Source of the DNA: an uncultured Muribaculaceae bacterium
Lineage (GTDB): Bacteria; Bacteroidota; Bacteroidia; Bacteroidales; Muribaculaceae
Assembly (NCBI GenBank): GCA_947381945.1
Contig: CANCXM010000004.1
Coordinates: forward strand, 29,176 to 93,175
DNA length: 64,000 nt
Direction of reading: 5' to 3'
The position numbers and the translations under genes are program-made. Positions 52,848 through 61,419 of the stretch are shown here, one piece after another (position 1 is the first letter of the stretch; every line of letters starts with the position of its first letter). The notes under the pieces were generated by a model that did not search any database, was not told the origin of the DNA, and worked only from the letters and a program-made list of their open reading frames with translations.

Positions 52848-55184
52848 TCAGTTGCGCCAGCGGGGGTCGCCGATATTCTTCTCGACGATTACCGAGGGGA
52901 GAGTGCGGTAACGGAGAGCGTTGTGTATGTCGGCGGGAGCCTCGTGGTCCGAGGGATTCGGACGAGCGGCATCGTAGGCCGAGTTGACGGGATTCGGGCT
53001 GGTGAAGAGGTCTGTAGCGCGGAGAGGCTTGCCGTTGTCGTCGGTGAGAGCCTTCACCTTCAGGTCATCCTTCGAACCAAGGTTACCGGGATTCCATGTG
53101 AGAGCGCCAAATGAGTTCTTGGCGTTGGAGAACTGCGAACCGGTGAAGATCTTGTCGTCCTTGTCATGGTTGTCGGTGCAACCAACAGAGTAGTTGTCCG
53201 AGACATTGAAGGAGAATTCACCGCTACCCTTGACCGTGCGGATGTCGGCACCGGTCTGATAGATTGAACGCTCATCGGCAGCGTCGCGGGCGAGTACAAT
53301 CAGGTTGCGACGGAAAGAGTAGTATGAACCACCGGGAACGTAGCGGGTCTGGAAGAAGTTGCGGCCCGAGGAACGGGTGGAGAAGTTGATGAAGGTGTTG
53401 CCTTCGATGCGGATGTTCCACTTCACGTTGTCGGCATAGTTGATGTCCTTGTCGTTGTCAGAGATGAGAGCAGTGCGGGGAGAGTCATACATGGTGTTGT
53501 TGGTCCATGAGAAATCGCGGAAGATGTTTGAGGTGGTCTTCGCGCCGTCACCGGCAATCCATGCATAGCCACGACCATTGTTGTCATAGTAACCGCAGTT
53601 GTAGAAGAGGTTGCCGTCGACAACGATTTTCTTGAACGTCTTGTCCTTCTTGCCCTGGACACGGAGGAAACCGCGGATCATGCGCTGGAAAGAACAGTTG
53701 CGGATTTCGAGCGACTCGAACACGACTTCCATACCGTCGGAGTACATGTTGGCGAAGTAGTTGCCAGAAGCCGAAGCCACGCCGGTCTCCTGATGGCCGA
53801 AGTTGGTGGCCTTGGGACAGTCAAAATCAATGTTCTCGAAGATAACCGAGCCAACCTCAATGGGGAAGTCCGACTCGCCTGCCTGACGCTGACGGCCAAA
53901 CATGAAGTTGGAAGTGTTGAGTTCGGCAGTTTCCGCACCGTATTCGTCAAGACGCACACCGATGCCGCCGAGGTAGACAGTCGCACGCTTTCCAAGAGCC
54001 ACATCGTCGGGGTTGGTGGCGAGGGTGAAGCCCTTTGCAATCACGGGATTCTCATAGAAGTAGTAAGCCTTACCGCCTTCGAGATAGAAGACCTGACCTT
54101 CGGCGAGACGCACATTGTTGGCAAACTGACCGATGACGGTGTCGAGGGGACATGCATTGTATTCAACAGCGCCGGGGATGGGGTCCTTGGCCCAGACCTT
54201 GTGCTCGATGAGGATGGGAGCACCGGGATCGCCGTAGATAGGCTTGCTGATTGAGTTGTAGCGGGCATCTACAATCGCGGGTTTCGCAACGTTGATGGCG
54301 TTGATTTCATATTTGGCGTTCATTGTGAGACCGCCTACGCGGAAGGTTGCGACACCATCCTTGAAATCAGTGGGCTGGAGAGTATAGTCGAGCCATTTGG
54401 ACTCGATGCTTGCATCGGGAGTATCCTTGGAGGGGGTGATGACGAGCTTGTCGACCTTGAACTTGGCGGTAGCCATGTCATTCTGGGTGCCGTCCTGCAC
54501 GAAATCGAAGTTCTTCTTGAAATCCTCGAAAATCGACTGATATTCCGATTCCTTGGTGGCGAGTTCCTTCACATGGTCAAAGACATTGATGTCGATGCTC
54601 ACGATGAAGGCATCATTGCTCTCGGCAATGTCGGCCTTGACCATCTTGGGAGTAGCGTAGCGAGGTTCGGTCACAAGACCTGCCTGCTCGGCCCACTCGC
54701 GGCCATTGCCCATGCCATACCACTTGGAGTGGCGCGACTCATTGCCGTCGGGGTGAAGCACGCGGATTGCGAAACGATAGCCCTGCTCATATTCGAGGTC
54801 GTCGATGCGGAGAGTGAGCTGATCGGCGGGAACAATCTTCGAGTAGCTTCCGTCGGGCCACTGATAGAGGCGCGAGGTGTCGGTCCAGTGCTCTTCGAGG
54901 CCGGAGGTCAGACCCGCTTCGGGTCCGAACTTGATCTCATAGCCTGCGGCACCCGAAACGCCATACCATGCGAGGATGACTGAGTTGAGTTCTTCGGTGA
55001 GCACGCGCATCCCGTAGGGGTCGTCGGAGACATTGGTGTTCTCCTCCAGACGGAACATGGTCATCGGCATACGGTTATAGTCTTCCGCAGGATTTGCGGG
55101 CCCCATGATCTCATCGTCGTCCTTACAGGAAGCGAATCCGAGGCCGATGATGGCGGTCAGGCAGTATAATAGTGTCTTTTTCAT
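52848..55184 (-). CDS. PUL-3 surface lipoprotein, FN3-like plus beta-helix (DUF4957/DUF5123-like)
   Basis: 778 aa. The signal is ...GFASCKDDD, followed by RMPMTMFR and GAAGYEIKFG. Beta-helix repeats are present (IRNCSFQRM, WTNNTMYD, IEGNTFINF). The C-terminus is IGDPRWRN. Confidence 0.7.
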   Translation of the reverse strand: MKKTLLYCLTAIIGLGFASCKDDDEIMGPANPAEDYNRMPMTMFRLEENTNVSDDPYGMRVLTEELNSVILAWYGVSGAAGYEIKFGPEAGLTSGLEEHWTDTSRLYQWPDGSYSKIVPADQLTLRIDDLEYEQGYRFAIRVLHPDGNESRHSKWYGMGNGREWAEQAGLVTEPRYATPKMVKADIAESNDAFIVSIDINVFDHVKELATKESEYQSIFEDFKKNFDFVQDGTQNDMATAKFKVDKLVITPSKDTPDASIESKWLDYTLQPTDFKDGVATFRVGGLTMNAKYEINAINVAKPAIVDARYNSISKPIYGDPGAPILIEHKVWAKDPIPGAVEYNACPLDTVIGQFANNVRLAEGQVFYLEGGKAYYFYENPVIAKGFTLATNPDDVALGKRATVYLGGIGVRLDEYGAETAELNTSNFMFGRQRQAGESDFPIEVGSVIFENIDFDCPKATNFGHQETGVASASGNYFANMYSDGMEVVFESLEIRNCSFQRMIRGFLRVQGKKDKTFKKIVVDGNLFYNCGYYDNNGRGYAWIAGDGAKTTSNIFRDFSWTNNTMYDSPRTALISDNDKDINYADNVKWNIRIEGNTFINFSTRSSGRNFFQTRYVPGGSYYSFRRNLIVLARDAADERSIYQTGADIRTVKGSGEFSFNVSDNYSVGCTDNHDKDDKIFTGSQFSNAKNSFGALTWNPGNLGSKDDLKVKALTDDNGKPLRATDLFTSPNPVNSAYDAARPNPSDHEAPADIHNALRYRTLPSVIVEKNIGDPRWRN

Positions 55185-55235
55185 ATTATGAGTCTGATGA
55201 TTTAGATTTAGGAGTTGTTTTTGGAAAAATTGATG

Positions 55236-57245
55236 TTATCTGTAACCGTATTTGTTGACATATTTACCCTGGGAGCGTGTGATGACCGCACGCGGATAAG
55301 GAAGGATGTAGCGCACTGCCGGAAGCTGCTCTACGGTCGGGTAGCTCGAGGGATCGGGAGCATTGACATAGTTGCCGTTGTCGTTTATCTTTATCATGCC
55401 ACCGTCGAAGGTGATGTAGCCACGGAGCGAGTAGAGGAAGTGGGCGGTCGGGCGTGAGTTGTTCTCGTCAAACCAGTTCATATAGTCGGCGCGTGCCACA
55501 GTCTGGTCCTTGCCGTCGACCTTTATCTTTATCTTCTCGTCGCCGGAAGACGGGAGACGGTAGGGATTCACGATGTAGACCACACGGACGTTGGGCGACT
55601 GCTGGGGGAACTTGCTTACTGAATAATAGTCATTGTTGGGGACATTATTGAGATAGTAGAGCGAGTTCATCCATTTGCTGTTGTAGATGGAACCGTCACC
55701 GAAATCATATTCACCGACGAATTCGTCGTAGCCGCTTCCGCGGTCAGCCGCTGCATAGTAGCGGAAGAAGGTCCAGTAGAGCTGCTCGCTGAGCATGTTG
55801 TTGCGGACAAGGTCGCGCCAGCGCATGTTCTCACCTGCGAACTCAAACTTGCGTTCGTCAAGGACAGCCTTGAGGAAGGAATCGTGGTCCATGCCACCGG
55901 TGTAGGCAGCCTTGGAGGGAGCGGTCGGGAAAGCGCGCTGACGCACCTGCTCGTAGCGCTCGATAGCCTTCGAGGTCGGACGGCCGTTGAGCTCGTTCTC
56001 AGCCTCGGCCGACATGAGGAGGACATCGGCATAGCGCATGTAGGGGAAGTTGAAGCCGGTGTTGCCCTCGGTAGCCGAACCGAGACCGTTCTTGTTCCAG
56101 AGTTTCGACCACTTGCCGTTGTAGTTCGTACGGCCATTGTTGAGCGTAGCCTCGCCCTGATTGTTGTAGCCGAAGAGCTGGTTCACGAAGTCGCGGCGCA
56201 CGTCGTCCTCATCGAAGAGGAAGCGGTAGAGAGCGTTGAGCTGAGCCGAGCTTGAAGCCTTACCCCAGGAGTGGGTGGTCACGCCTGACTGGTTGTCCAT
56301 CTTCGGGCCGTGGATATAGCCCACGTTGCCTGATGAGAGAGTTCCGAAGGGGATTTCCCAGATGACATCGTCGCCGGGAGTGTAGTCATAGTTGCAGTTA
56401 CCGACAAACACTTCGTGGTAGGGCTTGGCGAGGGTATGGTTGGTCTTCATCACCACTGAGTCGCAATACTCGGCTGCGGTGGCATAGAATTCCTTGTAAT
56501 TGTCCGGACGCTTCATGGTTCCGAACTCACCGCCCTCGGGACGGAGTGAATAACCGCCGGCTGTCATTGCCATACGGGCAATCATCGCCCATGCCATATC
56601 CTTCGAGATGCGCTGGGGACCGTCGGAGAACGACTGGGCAGTCGAAAGCTGCATCTTCGATGCTATCCCCTTGAGGTCTTCGATGAGATCCGAGAGAATC
56701 TGGGTGCGGTCACCGACCGAATAGATTTTCTCCGGGCTCTTGTAGGAGGGAAGGAGGGAATAGGGAACATCGCCGAAGTACCAGACGAGGTCATGATAGA
56801 AAATCGAGCGGAGCACCTTGACCTCACCGAGCATCTGCATCAGTTCAGAGTCTTCCTCATCGTAGATGACAGCATTCTCGATACCGTCGATGAGCATGTT
56901 GGCGCGTTCGATACCTGTGTAGAGGGCATCCCATGCCTTTTTGATGTCACCGCCGTCGGGGTCGCACTCATAGCGCTGGTAGGCCGACGATGATGCGAAC
57001 TCACTGTCGAGAATCTTGAATTCGACATCGGTGTTGAACGAGAGTTTCTCGATGAAATTCTGTCCGTAGGTCTCATTGTTGAGCATGGCCGCATAGACAC
57101 CGTTGAGAGCATTGCGCATCTCCTTCTTGTCAGAGAACACATATTCGGGATCATTCTTCGACGGAGCATCGACATCGAGATAGTCGGAGCAGGAAGCGAG
57201 GGCAACCGCCGAGAGACCGGTTAAGAATATATTGCGTAATTTCAT
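55236..57245 (-). CDS. SusD/RagB-family lipoprotein (PUL-3)
   Basis: 669 aa with ALASCSDYLDVDAPS, RYADVLLMSAEA and ERKFEFAGENMRWRDLVR. Confidence 0.93.
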   Translation of the reverse strand: MKLRNIFLTGLSAVALASCSDYLDVDAPSKNDPEYVFSDKKEMRNALNGVYAAMLNNETYGQNFIEKLSFNTDVEFKILDSEFASSSAYQRYECDPDGGDIKKAWDALYTGIERANMLIDGIENAVIYDEEDSELMQMLGEVKVLRSIFYHDLVWYFGDVPYSLLPSYKSPEKIYSVGDRTQILSDLIEDLKGIASKMQLSTAQSFSDGPQRISKDMAWAMIARMAMTAGGYSLRPEGGEFGTMKRPDNYKEFYATAAEYCDSVVMKTNHTLAKPYHEVFVGNCNYDYTPGDDVIWEIPFGTLSSGNVGYIHGPKMDNQSGVTTHSWGKASSSAQLNALYRFLFDEDDVRRDFVNQLFGYNNQGEATLNNGRTNYNGKWSKLWNKNGLGSATEGNTGFNFPYMRYADVLLMSAEAENELNGRPTSKAIERYEQVRQRAFPTAPSKAAYTGGMDHDSFLKAVLDERKFEFAGENMRWRDLVRNNMLSEQLYWTFFRYYAAADRGSGYDEFVGEYDFGDGSIYNSKWMNSLYYLNNVPNNDYYSVSKFPQQSPNVRVVYIVNPYRLPSSGDEKIKIKVDGKDQTVARADYMNWFDENNSRPTAHFLYSLRGYITFDGGMIKINDNGNYVNAPDPSSYPTVEQLPAVRYILPYPRAVITRSQGKYVNKYGYR

Positions 57246-57285
57246 TTTTTCTTCTTCGTAAAAGAGGTATATAGATTTTTATGTC

Positions 57286-60200
57286 TTAGAAAGTGACATT
57301 CAGACCGAACACATAGCTGCGGCTACGGGGATAGCGGTTGAAGTCGAATGAAGGAGTGAGACCGCTCTGGACATCCACTTCAGGGTCATAACCGGTGTAG
57401 TTGGTGATGATGAAGGGGTTGGTGACAGAAGCATAGAAGCGGAGCTTCGACATGCCGGCCTTGTTTATGAAGTTCTGCGGGACGTTGTAGCCGAGGGTGA
57501 TGTCGGTACAGCGGAGGAACGATCCGTCTTCAACGAAGTAGCTCATTGTCACGTCCTTGTTGAGATCCATGGGATTCCAGCGGGTCTGGCCCTGGTTCAT
57601 CGCGAGGTAGCGGTCGTAGGCACCCTGCATCCAGGTGTTGCCGTAGAGACATTCGGAGCCGTCGGCGTAGCGCCAGCGGTCGGCGAATGCGCCGAGCACG
57701 TTCTTGAAGTTATTCTTGTTGTCGATTGACGACGAGAGATAGTAGGCAGTGGCGTTGTAGACATCGAAGTCGAGGAAGTAGGTGAAGTTGGCGTTGAAGT
57801 CAAAGTTCTTCCACTGACCGTTGAGGCCGAAACCACCCTGGAGGCGGGGAGTAGTGCGTCCGATGACGGTACGGTCATGATCGTCGATGACACCGTCGCC
57901 GTTGAGATCCTTGAACTTGGGCTTGCCCGGAAGGGTCGGAGCGCCTGACTGGGAATTGTCAAAGATATTGTCCATGCTGACAGTTCCTTCCTTGGGATAG
58001 TAGGTTGCCTTGGGGACATCATAGTAGAACTCGTCGGTCGAGTAGAGTCCGTCGTAGACGAAACCGTAGAGCAGACCTACCTCACCGCCCACTTCGAGGC
58101 GATAGTTGTAACCTCCGTCCTTAGAGCGGCTGTGGGTATCGTAGAGATACTTGTTGTCGCCTGTGAGCTTGTCGACCACCATCTTGTTTGCGCCAAGGTT
58201 GAAGTTGGCTGAGAGCGAGTAGTCTTTGCCACGGAGAATGTCGCCGCTGATTGCGATTTCAAAACCGCGGTTGGTCACCTGACCGATGTTCTGATACTGC
58301 TGGGTGTAGCCCACGGTGGAGAGGATGTCGGCCTTGTAGATAAGGTCGGAAGTGGTGTTCCAGTAGTATTCCGGAGTGATGCGCAGACGACCGTTGAAGA
58401 GAGAGAGGTCAATCGCGAAGTTGCGGGTAAGGGTGGTTTCCCACTTGAGGTCGGGGTTGGGGAGATACTTGTCAGGACCATACCAGAGGTTGCCGTCGTT
58501 GGCACCGCCTGTCTCGCCGAAGGCCGGACCTACGGTGGTGTTGGTCTGATAGAGGTAACGCCACATGTCGGCATCGATGTTATTGTTACCGGCCTTACCG
58601 ATGGCAGCACGGAGCTTGAGTTCGGTGAGCCAGGTGAAGTCCTTCATGAAGTCCTCGCTTGACACAACCCATGCACCTGAAACAGAGGGGAAGTAGCCCC
58701 ACTGGTTGCCGGGAGCGAACATCGAGGAACCGTCGGCGCGGAAGGTAGCGGAGAGGAGATACTTGTGGTCATAATTGTAGTTGAGCTGACCGAAGTATGA
58801 GGTCGTGCGGTTGGGAGTTCCAAGCTCAGAGGTCGACTGGTAGGGAGAACCGAGGCCCATATTGTTGAGAGCCTTGTCGGCCGAAATGTTGTCGGGGAAG
58901 TAGCGGTTCTTCTGATAGGTCGACTGTGCCTGCTTGTCGTAGAGTTCGAAACCTGCGAGGGCATAGAAGTTGTTCTTGTCCTTGATGGTCCAGTCGTAGG
59001 ATGCGGTCGTGGTCCAGGTGTAGGAATTGGTCTGGATCTTTTCGATTGAAGCTACAGGGTTTGAGTTGTGCTTCTTGCCTTCGGCTGTGTGACGGCCCCA
59101 GAAACGCTTGTCGTCCTTGAACTGGATGGTATAGACACCTTCGGTGCGGAGAGTCAGACCGTCGATGGGTTTCCATTCGAGAGAGGCCTGGTTGGCGATG
59201 GTGTAGGAGTGGCGCTTGCGCACGTTTGTCTTGATGTCGGATACGGGGTTGGTATATTCGAAAATCTTCTCCTGGTCCGGGTCGATGGTCTCTGCGGGCC
59301 ACCATGCGCCGTCGCGTTCGCGGATACCGTTGGTCGGGCGGTAGCGGAGCACGTCGATGATACCGCCGGTGCCCACGTTGTCGCCACCTGCACCCTCGTC
59401 ACGGCGATATGACATCTTGGGATTGTACTGGAGGGTAAGGTTAGGGAGAATCTTGGTCTGGAGTTTGGTGAGGATATTGGTACGGCGAACACCTGTGCCC
59501 ATGATGATACCTTCGTCGTCAGACTGTGTGAGCGATACGTTGAAGCGGGTCTTTTCATTGCCGCCACCGATTGATACGTTGGTAGAATATGAGAAGGGAT
59601 TGTTGCCCATCACCTCGTCCTGCCAGTCATGTGTGCGTGCCTGCTTGTAGAGGTCCATATCCTGCGGGTTACCAAAGTTGTAGCGGAACAGACGGGTCTG
59701 TGAGTTACGGGTCGAACGTCCGGTCGCATAGTCCCACTGGTAGTTCACGAAATCATACGCGTCCATCAGCTCGAGCTTCTTGGAGATGTGGCTGATAGAA
59801 CCCTGGGCGTTGAACGATACCTGGGTCTTGCCCTCCTGAGCCGACTTGGTTGTCACGATGACTACACCGTTACCACCCTTCGCACCATAGATGGCGGTGA
59901 GCGATGCGTCCTTGAGAATGTCGATGCTCTGGATATCGCTGGGAGGAATGTCGTTGATGTTGTCGGTCTGGAAACCGTCGACGATGTAGAGAGGGTCGTT
60001 GGACTGGGTCACTGACGTCGCACCACGGACGCGGATGTTGATATCGGCACCGGGCTGACCGTCGACCGTGGTCACCTGCACACCTGCGACCTTACCCTGG
60101 AGGGCTACAGCCGCCGAGGTCACGGGGACCGCTGAAAGTTTTGCTCCGGAAACCGAGCCTACCGAACCGGTGAGGTCGCGGCGGGCGCGGGTGCCACCGT

Positions 60201-60579
60201 AGCCGATGACTACCACTTCGTCGAGTGATTCAGAATCTTCAGTGAGAGTGATTGTGAGGTTGCTCTGACCGTTGACGGCGACTTTCTCAGTCTTATAGCC
60301 GATGTAGGTAACCACGAGAGTGGCGTTGGAAGCAACATTCTTAAGGGTAAAGTTTCCGTCGAGGTCAGTAACCACTATATTATTAGTGCCATCAACTTGG
60401 ACGGTAGCTCCAATCATAGGTTCCTCGGTGCTGTCGATGACCGTACCGTTGACGGTAAGGTTCTGGGCATTTGCTTTGAAGCCCACGCAAAGCACCAACA
60501 AGATTAGCATGGTTTTCCATTGCACTGCAAAGGAAGGGTGGCGCAGCCATTGACTACGACTTACGATCAAGTCTTTCAT
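57286..60579 (-). CDS. SusC/RagA-family TonB-dependent transporter (PUL-3)
   Basis: I chose the ATG at 60579 (MKDLIVSRSQWLRH...) because it aligns with the susC-1 and susC-2 starts. The track start at 60591 is a TTG. The domain layout is the same and the barrel ends ...YVFGLNVTF. Confidence 0.93.
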   Translation of the reverse strand: MKDLIVSRSQWLRHPSFAVQWKTMLILLVLCVGFKANAQNLTVNGTVIDSTEEPMIGATVQVDGTNNIVVTDLDGNFTLKNVASNATLVVTYIGYKTEKVAVNGQSNLTITLTEDSESLDEVVVIGYGGTRARRDLTGSVGSVSGAKLSAVPVTSAAVALQGKVAGVQVTTVDGQPGADINIRVRGATSVTQSNDPLYIVDGFQTDNINDIPPSDIQSIDILKDASLTAIYGAKGGNGVVIVTTKSAQEGKTQVSFNAQGSISHISKKLELMDAYDFVNYQWDYATGRSTRNSQTRLFRYNFGNPQDMDLYKQARTHDWQDEVMGNNPFSYSTNVSIGGGNEKTRFNVSLTQSDDEGIIMGTGVRRTNILTKLQTKILPNLTLQYNPKMSYRRDEGAGGDNVGTGGIIDVLRYRPTNGIRERDGAWWPAETIDPDQEKIFEYTNPVSDIKTNVRKRHSYTIANQASLEWKPIDGLTLRTEGVYTIQFKDDKRFWGRHTAEGKKHNSNPVASIEKIQTNSYTWTTTASYDWTIKDKNNFYALAGFELYDKQAQSTYQKNRYFPDNISADKALNNMGLGSPYQSTSELGTPNRTTSYFGQLNYNYDHKYLLSATFRADGSSMFAPGNQWGYFPSVSGAWVVSSEDFMKDFTWLTELKLRAAIGKAGNNNIDADMWRYLYQTNTTVGPAFGETGGANDGNLWYGPDKYLPNPDLKWETTLTRNFAIDLSLFNGRLRITPEYYWNTTSDLIYKADILSTVGYTQQYQNIGQVTNRGFEIAISGDILRGKDYSLSANFNLGANKMVVDKLTGDNKYLYDTHSRSKDGGYNYRLEVGGEVGLLYGFVYDGLYSTDEFYYDVPKATYYPKEGTVSMDNIFDNSQSGAPTLPGKPKFKDLNGDGVIDDHDRTVIGRTTPRLQGGFGLNGQWKNFDFNANFTYFLDFDVYNATAYYLSSSIDNKNNFKNVLGAFADRWRYADGSECLYGNTWMQGAYDRYLAMNQGQTRWNPMDLNKDVTMSYFVEDGSFLRCTDITLGYNVPQNFINKAGMSKLRFYASVTNPFIITNYTGYDPEVDVQSGLTPSFDFNRYPRSRSYVFGLNVTF

Positions 60580-60617
60580 GTTGTGTTTCAAAATAATAAA
60601 TTAAGATTTCTTTCATG

Positions 60618-60625
60618 CAAATTAA
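60618..60625 (-). promoter_or_regulatory. -7-like box (TTAATTTG, minus strand) abutting the conserved susC leader motif of susC-3
   Basis: Plus-strand CAAATTAA. It is a 7/8 match to TAnnTTTG and lies ~40 nt upstream of the ATG at 60579. The equivalent position in the susC-1/2 leaders lacks it. Confidence 0.35.
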
Positions 60626-61292
60626 ATGATTGATATGATAGTGGTTAGCCTTGGAAGCTATTACCGTTTCAAAAGGTTTGTGAAATTGGGTGTGTTTTTG
60701 TTGGTTTCTAAATTCAGTTGATTTGGTTCGGGCCGAAAAAGGGCCGTCGGTTCATAGAGGAAATGAATCGGCAGATCGCATGATTGGCCTACGGAGGAGT
60801 CTGTTAAAAGAGGGGATTGTTCAGATAAAGGTCGGGAGGGAGATCAGAAGGATGGCGCATAGGCCGGGATCAATAAAAGTCAGTATGTGTGTTTTCAGAC
60901 ATTTGGTCTTTAGTTCGGATGGCGGTCATCGACCGGCTTTTCGACAATTGTGAACCTTTATTTATAAGGTGGAAAATTATGACTGAAAAACATTGTAAGA
61001 AATACGAAAAGTGCATTCTTCAATTGGTGTAATCAGAGTTGATGCTGTGTGTGTTTTTGTTTTCGATTGTAAAATTACCAATTCTCTCGGAAACATGCAA
61101 ATTTTCAGAGCTAATTTAGTATGTTTTAATATCTTAGCTAAATTTTATTTAATTTTAAAATCTATTCGCAATTTTATCGGCCGATAGGTGATGTCGACCA
61201 TTTTTACCAATTCAAAATGGATGAAATACAACATAATTGTTAACATTAAATAATTCTTCACGATGTCAGTTGGCAATTTGGAAGCGTATTGC

Positions 61293-61300
61293 TAATTTTG
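61293..61300 (+). promoter_or_regulatory. Candidate -7 promoter box (TAATTTTG) for the GH28 gene
   Basis: Exact TAnnTTTG match ~120 nt upstream of the ATG at 61420. It is followed by a hairpin-rich leader (CCGACA 61305-61310 / TGTCGG 61339-61344). Confidence 0.4.
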
Positions 61301-61419
61301 TAGGCCGACACGCAGGCTTCGGCCCTTTCAGGGTCTTCTGTCGGTATACAATAAGAGGGGGCTCCCCCAAGCCTGTCAGATGACGACATTCATAACCAAT
61401 CAAACAATAACAGACCACC

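Noticed and set aside
36542-60591. The PUL block, the R-M island or the palindromic element as part of a prophage, ICE or transposon
   Set aside because: No integrase, transposase, relaxase, phage structural gene or tRNA attachment site is visible anywhere in the window. Only repeat-based hints of mobility exist.
60690-60953. 87-aa plus-strand ORF in the susC-3/GH28 intergenic region
   Set aside because: It has no motif, atypical codon usage and no -7 box in a suitable position. The region is better explained as a divergent regulatory region.
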